Under the pieces are notes generated by a model that was given only the letters and a program-made list of their open reading frames with translations, made no database searches and had not been told where the DNA came from. A DNA stretch of 61,373 nt, the filler included, from Circinaria calcarea (lineage: Eukaryota): the NCBI GenBank assembly GCA_051942165.1. It is 3 parts of 3 records of this genome, joined end to end, with 100 filler letters (N's around TTAATTAATTAA, not from the genome) between each part and the next. Parts side by side here need not be neighbours in the genome. Positions count along the whole stretch, not along the records: positions 41,040 to 61,373 come from JAVECS010000179.1; 2 more parts are not named here. One strand, given 5' to 3'. A program made the translations under genes and the position numbers. Below are positions 41,040 through 54,073 of the stretch, in pieces. How positions within the stretch are numbered: position 1 is the first letter of the stretch; each line of letters starts with the position of its first letter.

Positions 41040-41184
41040 TGGTTCGATGCTGGGCGTTGCTCCTCTTTTGCCCTGATGCTGATTGTGAGGGGTACAGAAG
41101 GGGCACTAGGGACTTGGAGACTCCAGTCTTCCATGTGAGCTGTGGTAAGAGAAAGCGCGGTATCGCTGCAGCAGCTGAGGTCAT
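41040..41184 (-). CDS. N-terminal fragment of a probable mitochondrial protein, running into the gap
   Basis: MTSAAAAIPRFLLPQLTWKTGVSKSLVPLLYPSQSASGQKRSNAQHRT lacks acidic residues, like a presequence. It does not resemble the missing N-terminus of the protease across the gap. Confidence 0.45.
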
Positions 41185-42853
41185 CTTATCAAGCAGAGCG
41201 TGACGTTTTGCTGAGTGAACAATCCCGCGCAATATTCGCGGCATCGCAGAAATGCTCCTCAGTATCCCGATGACGGGGCATAGTTTCTCCGGGCCTCAGA
41301 CCAGAAACAATGTTAAATAAAGGAACAGGCACAGATTTTCAACAGGTTGTATACGCCTTCGATTACATGGGCATTTGTCGTTCTTCTAACGCAAGAGGCG
41401 GTAGTGCCTCGGAATTGACCAGTCCCCTTCGCCAACTCAAGAAACAATCCCAAATGTCCTGATCATAACCAATGCCGTACATCAGTTCGTCTGAGATCTC
41501 AAAGTGGAAAGCCCCACGAGTACGATCAGATAATGCGTGCTGAACGGTACTCTATGCACGCCCCAAGGATGAAGGAAGTAGCATATTAAGGCCGAAAAGG
41601 GTAAGTTGTATGCCTCAGCTAAAAATGGGTAAAACCCATGCTAATTATGTCGCACAGCAGCTAATACTACTTTAGCTCAAGCGGCGCGGAAGATCGACAG
41701 CAAGGTGCAGGGCAAGGTTTAAGCATAGAACCAATCGGTGTACAAGATGGGCGAGGCCGATAAGATTACTCCACCAAACAATCAGGTGTAGGAGCATAAG
41801 CCTTTTTGTTTTAGGTAAGAATCGGGAGTAGACTGGATAGGAAAGTTTGCGCCGTGCTGTTGTTATATCCTGAGGCATCGGTGGGTGGCTGTATGAGGGC
41901 AAGTCTGAGAGACCAGTCGGCATCGATACGCGCCCTTCTCGTTTACAAGTTTCGCACTGTCGTCGTTAGCGTTGGGAAGACCAGCCACTCAAGCAGCTGT
42001 TCACCCTGCAGGACGCCCGAGAACGCTGGCCAGATGTGATCCCGCCATTTGCTCTCTCTCCAATCAATTGCTTTTTCGAGGCAGCACACCATGCATCTCT
42101 GCCTTGACTTCGTACCGCCCACCTTCTTCAGACGGTCCTATCCGCTCTTGAGGAGCCGCCCACCATGAAAGACAAATCCCCGCTATTATTCGCTCTTCGG
42201 AAGCCTTACTGTGCTCCCCCAAAGAGCTGTCAACGGATTCTGAGAGAGGGCTTCGTATGATCGCAGTCAACGAGGCATGCGATCAAATACCTCGAATCTG
42301 AGTATGTCAACTCTTCTGCGTTTGTAGCGTGTTCCAAGACAGAAGATATGCCTGAGTTTTGCTGGCCAGCGGCTTACTTGCGATTTCTTTAGAGAACCTT
42401 ACCCACAGTATCCTTCTCAGGTCCCGGGGCGGCGTCTATTTCTAGCTTCACCTTAATTGAGCTCTTGGCCTATCAGTGTCTTCCCCGCCCATCCCGTTGC
42501 CAGCACCTTCGCGCCGTACTTTAGATATCTGTACCTCCCCCGGTCTACTCCATTCAATTGCTCGAACCACTTCATCGTGCTGTTTCGAGTCCAAACACCT
42601 GTAGATCCCGAGCCTGGACGTTGGCGCTTGAACAAAATCCTCGACCTGCCGAGCTTTCTTCGACTTCCACTGCTCACACGTCTCTTTCTTTGTCGTTGTC
42701 AGTCTGCTACCTGTACGAAGTACTTCCAGCCTTTTGCTTTAGCAGGCTGCTTTCTTTTCTGCATCCACAAACAGTGTTCGTAACGATTGCTCCCGTCGAC
42801 TTTAAGCGCAGAGCCGCGCCTTCGAAGCTCCAACTTCCGCAACATTTCTCAAA

Positions 42854-44521
42854 ATGCCTACCCTGACTACCGACGCGAGTCCGCTTGTAAGCACTCAGCG
42901 AACACCGTCTCCAGACGGTAAGGGTGGAAACAAGGAACCTCAAGTGACAGTCCGGCCCCGAACTTCTTCAAGTTCCTCGTCGCTATCTTTGAAAACCCCC
43001 AGAACTACACGCTTTGCTGAGGCTACTTCGGTCAACTCGCCCATCGGTCCCACTCTTGCTGGTCGGAACCCTTTCTGTGGACCGCCTATTACAACAACTC
43101 ATCTCACACCTCAAGCTCAACCATCCGATATTGGGTTCGGATACATGTCACAGAGCGACCGCGAGAAGCATAACAGTATAGAAGTACCACTGACCCCAAT
43201 GTCACCGATGAGGAGTGCCCTCAAGGTTCCTGGAACACCGGGGCGATTCATTGATCCCCGGAGTCCCACGTTCAAGGAAGAGACGGTTCTCGAAGAGCAG
43301 GAGCTAAAGACTGATAAGCAAAACGCCGCTGATCTGGTAGATAGAGACGTTCGCTCGACTCTTTTCATCCAGCTAACGATTGGTTTAGAAAGTCAAAACG
43401 AGAGTCCGTATGGCGAAGGTGGTTCTAAGAGCAACAAATTTTAGCTGCAGTTTAATCGTCCTTTCAATGATTTCTGCCACATTTACGATATTCAACGCCA
43501 CGAAATCCCTCCCGGCACGCAACAACCTACCCGCATGGGCACCTAATCAGCAAAAATGGCCCCAGATTACTTTACTCTGCATAGCTTGCACTTCCCTCGC
43601 CATGTCGATTGGTATCTTCTGGGCATACTACCGGGGCGGACACAGGCGGGCTGAGAAGGCTGCCATTTATTACTCAGTTTTCGCCATAGGATTTTTCGTG
43701 GTCAGTACAGTCATGTGGATCGTTGCAGCAACGGTTCTGCAAACCAGCAAGGCACACGGCAATGGCAAAGACATGTGGGGTTGGTCATGCAATGACAACA
43801 GACGCCGTACGCTCTTCGAAGGTGAAGTTCATTATACTCTGGTCTGCAGATTGCAGGTAGGCCGCTGCTCCTAAATGTCCTACTTCGAAGATCAAACTAA
43901 CAGGTTTCTCAGAACTGGTCGCTCATATGCTGCCTCATTGAGATCATCGTCGAGGTCATCACCATTAGCATCTACGGCATCGTCTTCTACCGTATCTGGT
44001 CCAAGCGCAAACTCCACAAGTCCATGAACCTCCGTGACCGCGCCCGCTCAGACCTTTACCTTGCCCAACTCCGCTCCCAGTCAGCCCCGAATACCCCCGG
44101 CTTCCAAAAGGACCCCATGGCATCTTCCTTCCCGGCCCACCTCCACGACGATCAAATCAAAGAGGCCGAAAAAGACAATTACGAATCAACGCAATTCGCT
44201 CAGAAACACATGTCCTTCTCCCAGCCAAAGCCCTTTACGCTTCAGCCACCCCCAGTACGGATCCAACACGCGACACCCATCCTTCCCCAAGACGGCTTCG
44301 AGCCGGCACCACCCAAGGTGCAAGAGCATGTACCTGCCGCGCCGGGCGAACAGACCTATGACGCCGTACCCATCCCTGGTGCTTATGCTAGCCCGCTCGC
44401 GAGCCCGAGGTTCCGGCATCAGAGTCTAAACTACAGCGAACCGGGGCAGGCCTACTTCGCAGAAGGTCGAGCGGCGAGTCCGCCACCTAGTCCGAGAGCG
44501 GGGAATGTGACGCTTCATTGA
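42854..44521 (+). CDS. ham-8: Four-TM MARVEL-like membrane protein resembling hyphal anastomosis protein HAM-8
   Basis: SLKTPRTTRFAEATSV, SALKVPGTPG, RGGHRRAEK, KDMWGWSC, LVCRLQNWSLICCLIE, RDRARSDLYLAQLRSQSAPNTPGF. Introns 43337-43388 and 43857-43912. The name rests on my recall of the family. Confidence 0.72.
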
Positions 44522-45487
44522 TTGAAGGGCTTACGATGCATGGGAAATGGGAAAGGGGAAGTGTATATTGGGGTCTTTGGAGAGCTTAGGGCTCCCTACT
44601 TTCTTCTCTTGTATCTTAACGCTTATACCACCTTTCCTTTGGTGTTTGGACAGGGGGAGGTACCTTTTGTCGTACCAGTCTTTCCTTTGAGCTTTGGGCT
44701 TAAATTGTTAGCAAACAATCGATGCTCGCCAATTGAACATTGAGATTTTCATAATATGTTTGATGATTGTAGAGTGATGTGCCCTTAATTTCCTATCCGT
44801 CATGCCGAAAGGTAAGATCCCCTACTACAAAAGTCTCCAGCGTAGATATTTTCCTTTCTGAGCTCGGATTACTCGACGGTCTATCTATACTCCCGGTGGC
44901 GTCACAAGACAAACTACTGTACAGGCCCACCATGAGTACAAGGGATGGCGTAGGTCCCTGGTCCTGGAGAGTACCGAGATATCGGTACGGTAGTAGGGCT
45001 GGCAACTCTGGTTTGGGGTCAGAATGGAGAATGGAGGAGGTAGAGAGGCGGGGGCTGTCAGTTCTCACACCGTCTCTGAGGAGGTCCAGACCCTATTCAC
45101 AGTGTCGGGTCTGATTTCACTTTCCAATCTTCCGTCAGCTTCCGTGCCAGACCATTCGAACGAAGCCCTAGCAACATTAGAAGCACACACAGCCGTCGGG
45201 TGAGAATCCAACACTCACTTCTCAACTGTTAATTGACTCGCTCCCCACTGAAAGTCATCTATCTACCAAACCCCAAGCATCACTCACTCAGTTGGACTTG
45301 CAGTTCAAGAACTGCAAGTTGTATCTACCGCTTCCCACCTCAGCCTTACCCATACCAATTTCCTTCGCTCACCGATACCTTACCCCCCCCCCCCGGCTTT
45401 TTTTTCAAACCGCAAAGAACAACTCTACCAACCCCCATCGTCTTTCCATCCTCGAAAAAAAAGGGCCTCCCAACCACCACCACCACC

Positions 45488-46107
45488 ATGCCTTTTCCTA
45501 ACCTGTGCTCGTACCCGAGGTCCGCATACTCATCTACGAAGACGTCCTCGGACCCCCAGCACATCCATCTCAAGCACGAACGGCTCCCCCGCGACCAGCC
45601 CGCCGGCCAGCCTCCGGCTAAACCGGCACAAGGAACGATTCACCCCCGTCTATCATCGCCTCTACCACGCCCGCTGCGCGTTGCCAACGCTAGAATGCGG
45701 CGGCGAGTGCCTCCATCACACGGGGCAGAACACGGCGAAGCTGAACCTGGCCCTGCTGACCACCTGCCGCCAAGCTCAAGGACAAGGTTGACGGCCGGGG
45801 CGACCCTGCTGCCGGGGGCTCCGAGAGCTGACCGTCTCCGTCCGCGTGAAGAAGGAACTCGGGATGCGGTCGCGGATCGGTAGGGGCCAGGATTGGCTGA
45901 GGGGGAGCATCCTTGCGCTTCGAAGGGCTGGGTTTGCAGAGAGTGGAGGTGGACTTCCAGGAGGTGGACACGGTTCTGGAAGAGCGGTTGGCGGGGCTGG
46001 AGCGGGCGGTCAAGGGGATTTTGAGGCCGAGGGTTTTGGGCCGGAGCACGTCGGAGGACTTGGACTTGATGGATAGGATGGGGGATGTTGGTAGTGGCCG
46101 CAGGTAG
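45488..46107 (+). pseudogene. Frameshifted/truncated paralogue of the F-box-like (DUF7730-type) family
   Basis: Family motifs are split across frames: PEVRILIYEDVLG, QHIHLKH, LNLALLTTCRQ (followed by a stop), WLRGSIL / LRFEGLGLQRVEVDF. Confidence 0.6.
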
Positions 46108-46409
46108 CTGAGAGTATTGGTGGAAGGTTTACAGATGCAGTCTACCGTCGGCAGAGCGGGGAGAGTAGCAGGCAGCGAGATGATAGGTAAGATGCGAATT
46201 GCAAGATGCAGAATTCATATTGGGTTTGCTCTGTGCTCGGTATGTATGACTATTTTAGTTTTGAGCAACCAGAGCATGTCTTGAATGTGCATAAGCTCTT
46301 CTTAGGAGATTCCAATTCCCTCACCATTCGCATTCTCAACGTTTTTGTCGCTCACAGCCAAGAGGCGCCAGCCATCATTGTCCTCGTGCAACTGCCTCCA
46401 GCAATCAGT

Positions 46410-47537
46410 TCATCGAATGACCAGACATTTCATCGCCTTCGGCAGAGCCACCTTTCCAGCCCGCTTCTGCTCCATGCTCTCCTCCCTGTACGCTGCCCCG
46501 AGCAACTCCTTGCGGACGACCTGCCCGCAAGTTTTCAACCTCTGATCGCTCTGACCGTACCGAACCACCAAGGTCACCTCGACATCCTGGAGCTTCCGGC
46601 CACGGAATGCCAGCAACGGTCCCGCCCAGGGAGCCTCGAGGTTAAGGCGCAGCGGCACGTCGTTGATCTGCAGACGAACGTTGAGCGCCTCGAGGTTGGA
46701 CAGCTCAGCTGCCATCGTCCACAAGGTCTCCTCCCATTTGCAATCGTGCATGTCCTTCCATGGGATGAACTCGGTGCGCTCGGGATCCCCATACGTGGAG
46801 TACTTGAGACTGAGGGATTTGATGGCGGCTTTGGCAATGGGGTTGATGGATGACATGAACTTGCGGACAACTCGGAGGCTGACGAAACCGAAAGAGCTGC
46901 TGCTGTAAAACATCGGGCATGCTTCTTGGTGTACCTGCCGACAGGTCAAAAGAAGGGCTGCTGGTCCGGGTGAGAGTTCAAGCCTTGGGACAGGAATCGT
47001 ATGCATGCGGCACTGCAAATCGAATTTGCGGCGCCTGTTTGTCGCTGTTGGATTGATGGTGCGCTTCCAGGATTTATCTTGCCACAATGAATAGGTCAGG
47101 TCACGACCGCGTGTGAGCCACTCGATCTTGAAACTTCGATGGGGGAAGGCGAGCTCGTAGATTTTGTTACGAAGCTCACCGGGTAGAGAGAGGAAGTCGA
47201 ATGGCTTTTGGTCTACTCTGGGAGCGGCTGGTAAGGGTTCACTGACTGGAAGAGACTGGGGTACGGCAGTGACGAAGTCCCTTGATAATGGCGATTGCTT
47301 ATGAATGTGGCGTAAATGAGGTGGCTTTGCCGTGAGATTGTTGCCGGGGTTGGATGATGCTGCAGCCGGACTCCTGTTAGTTGGTTGACGACGACGATGT
47401 GGTTTACGCTTTGCTGGAAGGCCTTTCATCGTTTCAGGTGACTGAGAAGGTTGCTCTGCTTGATGGTTAGGAGCTGTGGAGGGCACGTTCCATCCAGGCA
47501 GCTGGCCACCAGCGTTACGATGTGGACGTTTGACCAT
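46410..47537 (-). CDS. F-box-like / DUF7730-type protein
   Basis: FDFLSLPGELRNKIYELAF, AALLLTCRQVHQEACPMFYSSSSFGF, IKSLSL, WAGPLLAFRGRKLQDVEV. Likely start MVKRPH at 47537. Confidence 0.8.
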   Translation of the reverse strand: MVKRPHRNAGGQLPGWNVPSTAPNHQAEQPSQSPETMKGLPAKRKPHRRRQPTNRSPAAASSNPGNNLTAKPPHLRHIHKQSPLSRDFVTAVPQSLPVSEPLPAAPRVDQKPFDFLSLPGELRNKIYELAFPHRSFKIEWLTRGRDLTYSLWQDKSWKRTINPTATNRRRKFDLQCRMHTIPVPRLELSPGPAALLLTCRQVHQEACPMFYSSSSFGFVSLRVVRKFMSSINPIAKAAIKSLSLKYSTYGDPERTEFIPWKDMHDCKWEETLWTMAAELSNLEALNVRLQINDVPLRLNLEAPWAGPLLAFRGRKLQDVEVTLVVRYGQSDQRLKTCGQVVRKELLGAAYREESMEQKRAGKVALPKAMKCLVIR

Positions 47538-48350
47538 GATGGAAAACGTGTCGATGACCACACCGAGAGAGTTGCCTGCGAGCCCTGAAAGGTCTGAGAG
47601 GATGCAGCTTGGAACAAGAAGAGACTGAGAAGAATGATGTTTGGGTCGACTGGTGCAGTGAGAGGAAATGAAGGACTGTTGTGGTTGGTCCAAGGTTATG
47701 CTCACGGGATAGAGAAGAAGGTGAGAAAGATTGACCTGGATGATTGAGATGAATGGGAAAGCCAATGGCCTATCCCAGAATGAAGAGCTAGTGATTGGTG
47801 GACAATAGCGCGTTTTTAAAAACGATCAGCAGAAAGCAACGATTAACCCAAAGTGAATTTTTCTTTTAATCGAGTGATGCTGATTCAGCGTTTCATTGTC
47901 ATGACGACGTGCGAGGCATATCGAGAGACGGGATATATTCTGGATAGAATGAGACCATCTACACGTTTACCTTGCCGTCCCTGCCTACGCGGAGAGCATG
48001 GCGGTTGAGTTACGACTGCCCTACTTTGGGCTGATCAAATCGAAACACATAGAGGATGCAGAAGTCACCATCATTCACAGAATGAGGGAGACTGCTTCTC
48101 GTTGCGGACTGCTACTGGATTTCAGTCCTCGAGCATGGAAACAATGACAAGGTTGTGTCGATACGATGCACATTTCCTCTACAAATAATAAAAATAAATA
48201 TTACGGCTTGATACATCACCCGACTCCCGAAGAAGCACGACGTAGACTACCACTCAGACCTACAGGCAGGCGGACTCATTCATCTCCAGATAACAACAGC
48301 CCTAATCATCGGCCATTCTGCGAACAGAGGAGCGACATTGTTGACGACCG

Positions 48351-48623
48351 ATGCTTCCTCACAAGATACAATTGAAATCATCCAGCATTCACACCCCTCT
48401 ACGAGTCTTCCATCAAACCCCTAGACTCTTCCCTCCTGCAAAGCCCACACTTATCTTTGCCCGAAACGCGTCAGGTGCCAACCGCACGCCCGGCCAATCG
48501 CCCCTCAAAGTTTGGCCCTTTGTCGCCATCACCCTCCTCGGAACATTCTCCTACACCTTGATGGTTAAATCCCGAGCCGGTGAACCGCAGAAACCCCGTG
48601 GGAATAGTGTCCACCTCGAGTAA
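48351..48623 (+). CDS. 90-aa putative mitochondrial single-TM microprotein immediately upstream of URA6
   Basis: Basic N-terminus with no acidic residues ending IFARNAS (R-2-like cleavage context), then SPLKVWPFVAITLLGTFSYTLMVKSRAG (TM). Ends at TAA 48621-48623. Confidence 0.65.
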   Translation: MLPHKIQLKSSSIHTPLRVFHQTPRLFPPAKPTLIFARNASGANRTPGQSPLKVWPFVAITLLGTFSYTLMVKSRAGEPQKPRGNSVHLE

Positions 48624-49380
<757 letters not shown>

Positions 49381-49776
49381 GATTCTCTTGGCTTCGGGCG
49401 GTAGAGAATGGCGCCGGAAACTTTATCGGATGGTATATAGGACTCGAGTAGGGTTGGTATACATAGAACCTGAGTAATATATGTTCGACGCAACAAGGCC
49501 AGCGAGTGTCGACCAACTGTGGTGCATTGTGATACCATTTCCAACTCCTACGAAGAAATGTCCTTCTACCTACGTTGATACGTTATAGACCTGGAGCTCT
49601 GTAGCCCTTTCTCGTAACCTGTTGGGATTACATGTCACAGTGTTTATTAAACGGCAGGCTCGAAGTGCTCAACAAGATACCGGCGGCCAGTGCACCAAAC
49701 AGCTAACAGTAAAAACCCCATCGGAAGATTATATTCCCATGGTATATCCAGTATTCCATCGCAACCCCGCAAAAAC

Positions 49777-51299
49777 TCACGAGTACGTATACTCAGCCGC
49801 CGGCCCCGGGCAAGCCACACACGGCAAATAGCCATCCACGGTCCGATTCCGCATGCGAAAGAAATGCTGCCGGATGGCGCGAATCTGCGCATTTACCTCG
49901 GCCGAGTTGGCCGGGTTCCCGTACTGCATGGTGAAGCCGTCGGTATGGTTGACAAAGGTGCCGCAATCCGGCACGTTGCGGCCGAACAGCGACCAGAAGA
50001 GATCCCCGGCGACGACGGGTCTGGCGAGGTTCTGGCGGGCCTCGATGATGCCGAAGAAGGAGTCGAGTGAGCTGCGCTGCGGGTTCTGGGTCGTCCAGTC
50101 GTATTCGCCAACGAGGTAGACTTTGTCGGCACTCTCGACCTGGGTGATGTCCTGGAGGAGTTTGGTGGTGTTGGGGGGGTAGTAGTGGTTGGAGAAGATG
50201 TCGATGGGGGGGATGGCGAGGTGGGTTTGGTTGAGACCGTAGGTTCCGTCCACGACGAGCTTGTGGGGAGCGAGTTCCTTGATGTAGGCGGCTATTTCGG
50301 AAGTCCATTCTACCGGGACATATTCATCCCCTACCAGGTAGCATTGTCAACGGCGGTACTCGCGAGAAGGGAAAAAGTAAACGGCTACCGAATATAGGAC
50401 CACCAAGCTCGTTTCCAGTCTCGTAAGCAAATATCGTTGGGTCTTCCGCATAACTGAGTCCGGTATCTATTTTTCATGATCGTCAGTCAGTTACCTTGAG
50501 CAGATAAGGTTGGAGAGGCTGCAAACAAGGATTGACATGGGTGAGGAGATGCTCGATGTAGTCTTTGAAATCCTTTACGATAGTTGCATTGGTGTAGAAC
50601 TGAAGCACCATAGGATCAACCTTCGAAGCATCATTGGATTTGATGTTAATGCCGCGGAATCTGAGGAAGTTGAATTTCCCTCCGTGGTAGTAATCCTACT
50701 GATTTTCAGCTCAACATTAATTTCCAACACTATCTCAAACCAACATAGTTGTCTGTTAAAGGAACGACGATCCTTAACCCGTGCTGCCTAGCCTGGAATA
50801 TAGACCAATCTATGGTCGCGAAGGCCTGCTCGTTATACACGCCCAAGGCCGGCATGACACTCAATGGATTGCCTACGCTCACACCTAGTGTCTGACTTCG
50901 GATCACATGCGCGCCCATGGTTTGCAGTGTATTCATAATCTCCGTGATACGGCCAAAAGTTGGATAGCTGGCATTCAAGGGCTCGTAGAATGGCTGACCC
51001 GCCGGCGGAATGACATTCTCATCTAAACCTAGCCAGTATACATTTGCCCCACTGGCCGTCCACGGATGACCGTTCAATCTCAGCTCTGCACCTTGACGGT
51101 AGACGTAGGAGTTCCTCTCGATTTGGACGTTGATCGGTTCAATGAAGCTTTCCAGGATCTGTGGAGTAAGACGGTTCAGTCTGGAGGCCGCCGGTCCAGA
51201 CGAGATGAGCTGGTTGATCAAGGGCTGAATCCGAGAGGGTGCTGGCAGTTGGGCGCTTGCGAGTGCCGCAAAGACAAGTAAGAGCAGCTTCGAGATCAT
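49777..51299 (-). CDS. Secreted glycoside hydrolase family 5, beta-mannanase-like
   Basis: Signal peptide MISKLLLLVFAALASA; GANVYWLGLDEN, PLTDNY..YHGGK, DPTIFAYETGNEL (acid/base), SNHYYP, LVGEYDW (nucleophile), GDLFWSLFG; three introns. Confidence 0.88.
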
Positions 51300-52570
51300 A
51301 GCGTCTCGATTTACGGGGTTTTCTGTGCCGAAAGATACCACACTCCCTCGAATAACGTAGGATCGCACCGCCCATTTTATGTGCTTTTTAAATCAAGGTA
51401 GCTAGACCTTCTTTCCATGCAGGTTGACGAACGTCCCCGCAATATCGGTTCATGCACGAAGCCAAGGAGAGGTGCAAAATACACCATCAAGGTTGACGCA
51501 GAAAAGGTGGGGAAATTTAGATCGGATTGCCCCTAAGAATGAGCAGATGACAGACCGAGGAAACGAAGAACGAAGATTGACTGTAATCTACCTTCCTGAA
51601 GCGGGACACTACCATAGTGGTTCAGTCCGAGACGTAGTCCCACCGCTCTGGATATGAAGCCCATTCTCTTGAGGCCGTCGCAGAGATGGTTTAAATGTAC
51701 CTGGCGGCCGCAGGTTCGTCTTGGTCCTGAAGACCGCCAAGGTACTCCTTGAGTCCCATTCGAGTGATGCATCTAGTTCACTTCCAGAAGGCAATGAATG
51801 ACTTCCCAACGGCCTACCATCCAACCCGCAACAATCCACAGTGGTTCTTGTAATCCTGTGAATGACGGAGTTCATAGACCTTATGAGAAGAGGGCCAAGA
51901 AGAATTACCTTTGAACCGATTTAGGGAAACATTACCCAAAGAAACCGAGCACCGCCTACAGAGTAGGTGACGAACCTTCTGCTGAACTTTTACACAACGG
52001 CCAAGATTGTTTTCTTGCGGCAGTTTCTCTTAACAAACCGCCTCGCAAGCCACGGTAGGAGCCTCTTGATGCGAATTGTATGGCCTCTGTATGTCCGTGA
52101 GCATTTGACTCGAGGGCATCCTCTGATACGTGTTTGGGTTATGATGCGAATGTTGAAACCCATGTCAATGAATCAAAGTCTTCTACGCGACTCTTTCGCA
52201 TACGACTACTTTGATTTTCCAGTCTCGATATGACGTCTCAATGTGCCCTATCAAAGTGATACACTGTCTGTGAGATCGTGTGAAAGCTGTCTGAAGAATG
52301 TTTTCACGCTCTACCGCTCCTATCTCTTGGACAAGTCCATTCTCCTTGCAGCGCGTTCCCGTGTTCCGTCTGATCGATCAAGATATAAATCATAATGGGA
52401 CAGGCCAGTCATTATGCTTCCTCCATCACATCTGATAGTCGCACTTGTCTGTTGATACTAGTTGGCTGGTCCAGAAGAAAAGGCTTGTTTCGTCCTTATC
52501 TCTCCCATCTTCTACTCCTTCACCTAAGCATTGCCCAAAAACCACACTCAACCTCCCAGCCTCCCAAAGT

Positions 52571-52855
52571 ATGCAATACCGAAGCAGAGAACCCACACGC
52601 CCACGGATTGTCGAATTCGTCTGCGGCTACAAAATCGGGCGGTACCAGTACTGCGATACCGTCGTCGTCCGCGAGATAAATTCCCAATCAAGAGATCGCC
52701 ATGCCCGGTGCCGGCGCTGTGAAGCCATCGAAGCGGAGCGGAGGTTCGAGTTCTTACGCCGGGTCCGGGAAGCTCAACAGTATGAATACGCTCGACCTCG
52801 TGTTTGCCGACCAATCCCCTACAAGCCGGAGAAGCACGTCCGCTTTGCTTTGTAG
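52571..52855 (+). CDS. Small basic Cys-containing hypothetical protein (94 aa)
   Basis: MQYRSREP...VCGYKIGRYQYCDT...RCRRCEA...KHVRFAL*. TATAAA at 52384-52389 and a C-rich leader. Confidence 0.55.
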   Translation: MQYRSREPTRPRIVEFVCGYKIGRYQYCDTVVVREINSQSRDRHARCRRCEAIEAERRFEFLRRVREAQQYEYARPRVCRPIPYKPEKHVRFAL

Positions 52856-54073
52856 ACCATTGATATTGGAGTAGAAAAAGCTTGTTGGACTGGGTACCGG
52901 TATCAAGAGTCTTTTGCGGTGGTGTCTGGGTGTATGTCCTGTTATAAAAACAACCGTCGTTACTTGGTGTCCTTGGTGTCCTTGTTATCCTGTTGTATGG
53001 CGGTACTTATACTTACGAAGATCTGTAAATGCAATCGACTCAGTCGTTCAATATCTTTCGCATTTATCCTTGTCGTCATGAGCTTGTAACAGCATAAATA
53101 CCATTTATGTAAATTTACCTTTGCTCTAGCACCGCGATACCTTCAGAGACTCTTGTAAATGCAGCCAAATTTTCCACTATAACACTCTATCTTTCGTCAT
53201 GAAGGTGATGGTTGCGTGTAGAATAGTGAGGGGTTGGGTATCATCAGAGCTGTTTTCTTGAAACCACAGCTCAGTTCTTCAATCGCGCACATATGTGGCT
53301 TCTTCGGACAAACTCAAGCGATCGAACATTATTAGACAAAGAAAGTGAGATGGCATAAACCTGGTCGTTAGGGAGGCGTGATTGATGCAACCGAAAAAGC
53401 GTGTGGTCTGTTTTGGTTTTTAAATCGACTACTGTGAGTGCTAGAGTAATTGATACGAAAGTTCCTATTGACTGTACGCACACTAACAGGTGAACTATGA
53501 AGCATTTCTTTCACTGTTTACGATCGCATAGGATTATATATTTCCATGCACGTAACAAGGTCTCACCGCTTGAAGGTGGGACATATTGTCTAACCGCTGT
53601 AAAGAGCGAAGGCCATCGGCACCATAACTAACACACTTGAAATAGACAAACACCCATCACGCTTGTCCGCACTACTGAATGAATTCACGTACCGGCTCTG
53701 TGATTGGTCGAGACGAGTCTCTCCTTTGCGTTTTGCTGAGAAGCTGATGTGGATTGTCGGCGAAATGTGGATGCTTCGGATGGTGTTCGGTCACCGTGCT
53801 GTTGCAATATGAAAGCCGAGCCTCCTGTCCCTATCCTCGGAGGCCCGAGACACATCCGCTAGAAAAGATCGAAGATGAAGGAATGCAGCCATTTTAGCAA
53901 CAAATTTCAGGTAATCTTGAAGGTAACCTATGCAGACAAGCAATCAAGACAAGCAAACCATCCAGTCAGGTTTCCAAGCGGATCTACCAACTTGGATAGC
54001 GAATGCTCCATATCTTTTCGTTTTTGGGGGAATTCTCCTTGGCCGTAATCGGACGAAGCTTTTCAGTTCTCAC

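Noticed and set aside
46206..46853. 215-aa + strand ORF, and similar antisense ORFs over GH5, TPS3-like, GDB1 and SEC23
   Set aside because: Antisense shadows of well-supported genes with no independent coding signal.
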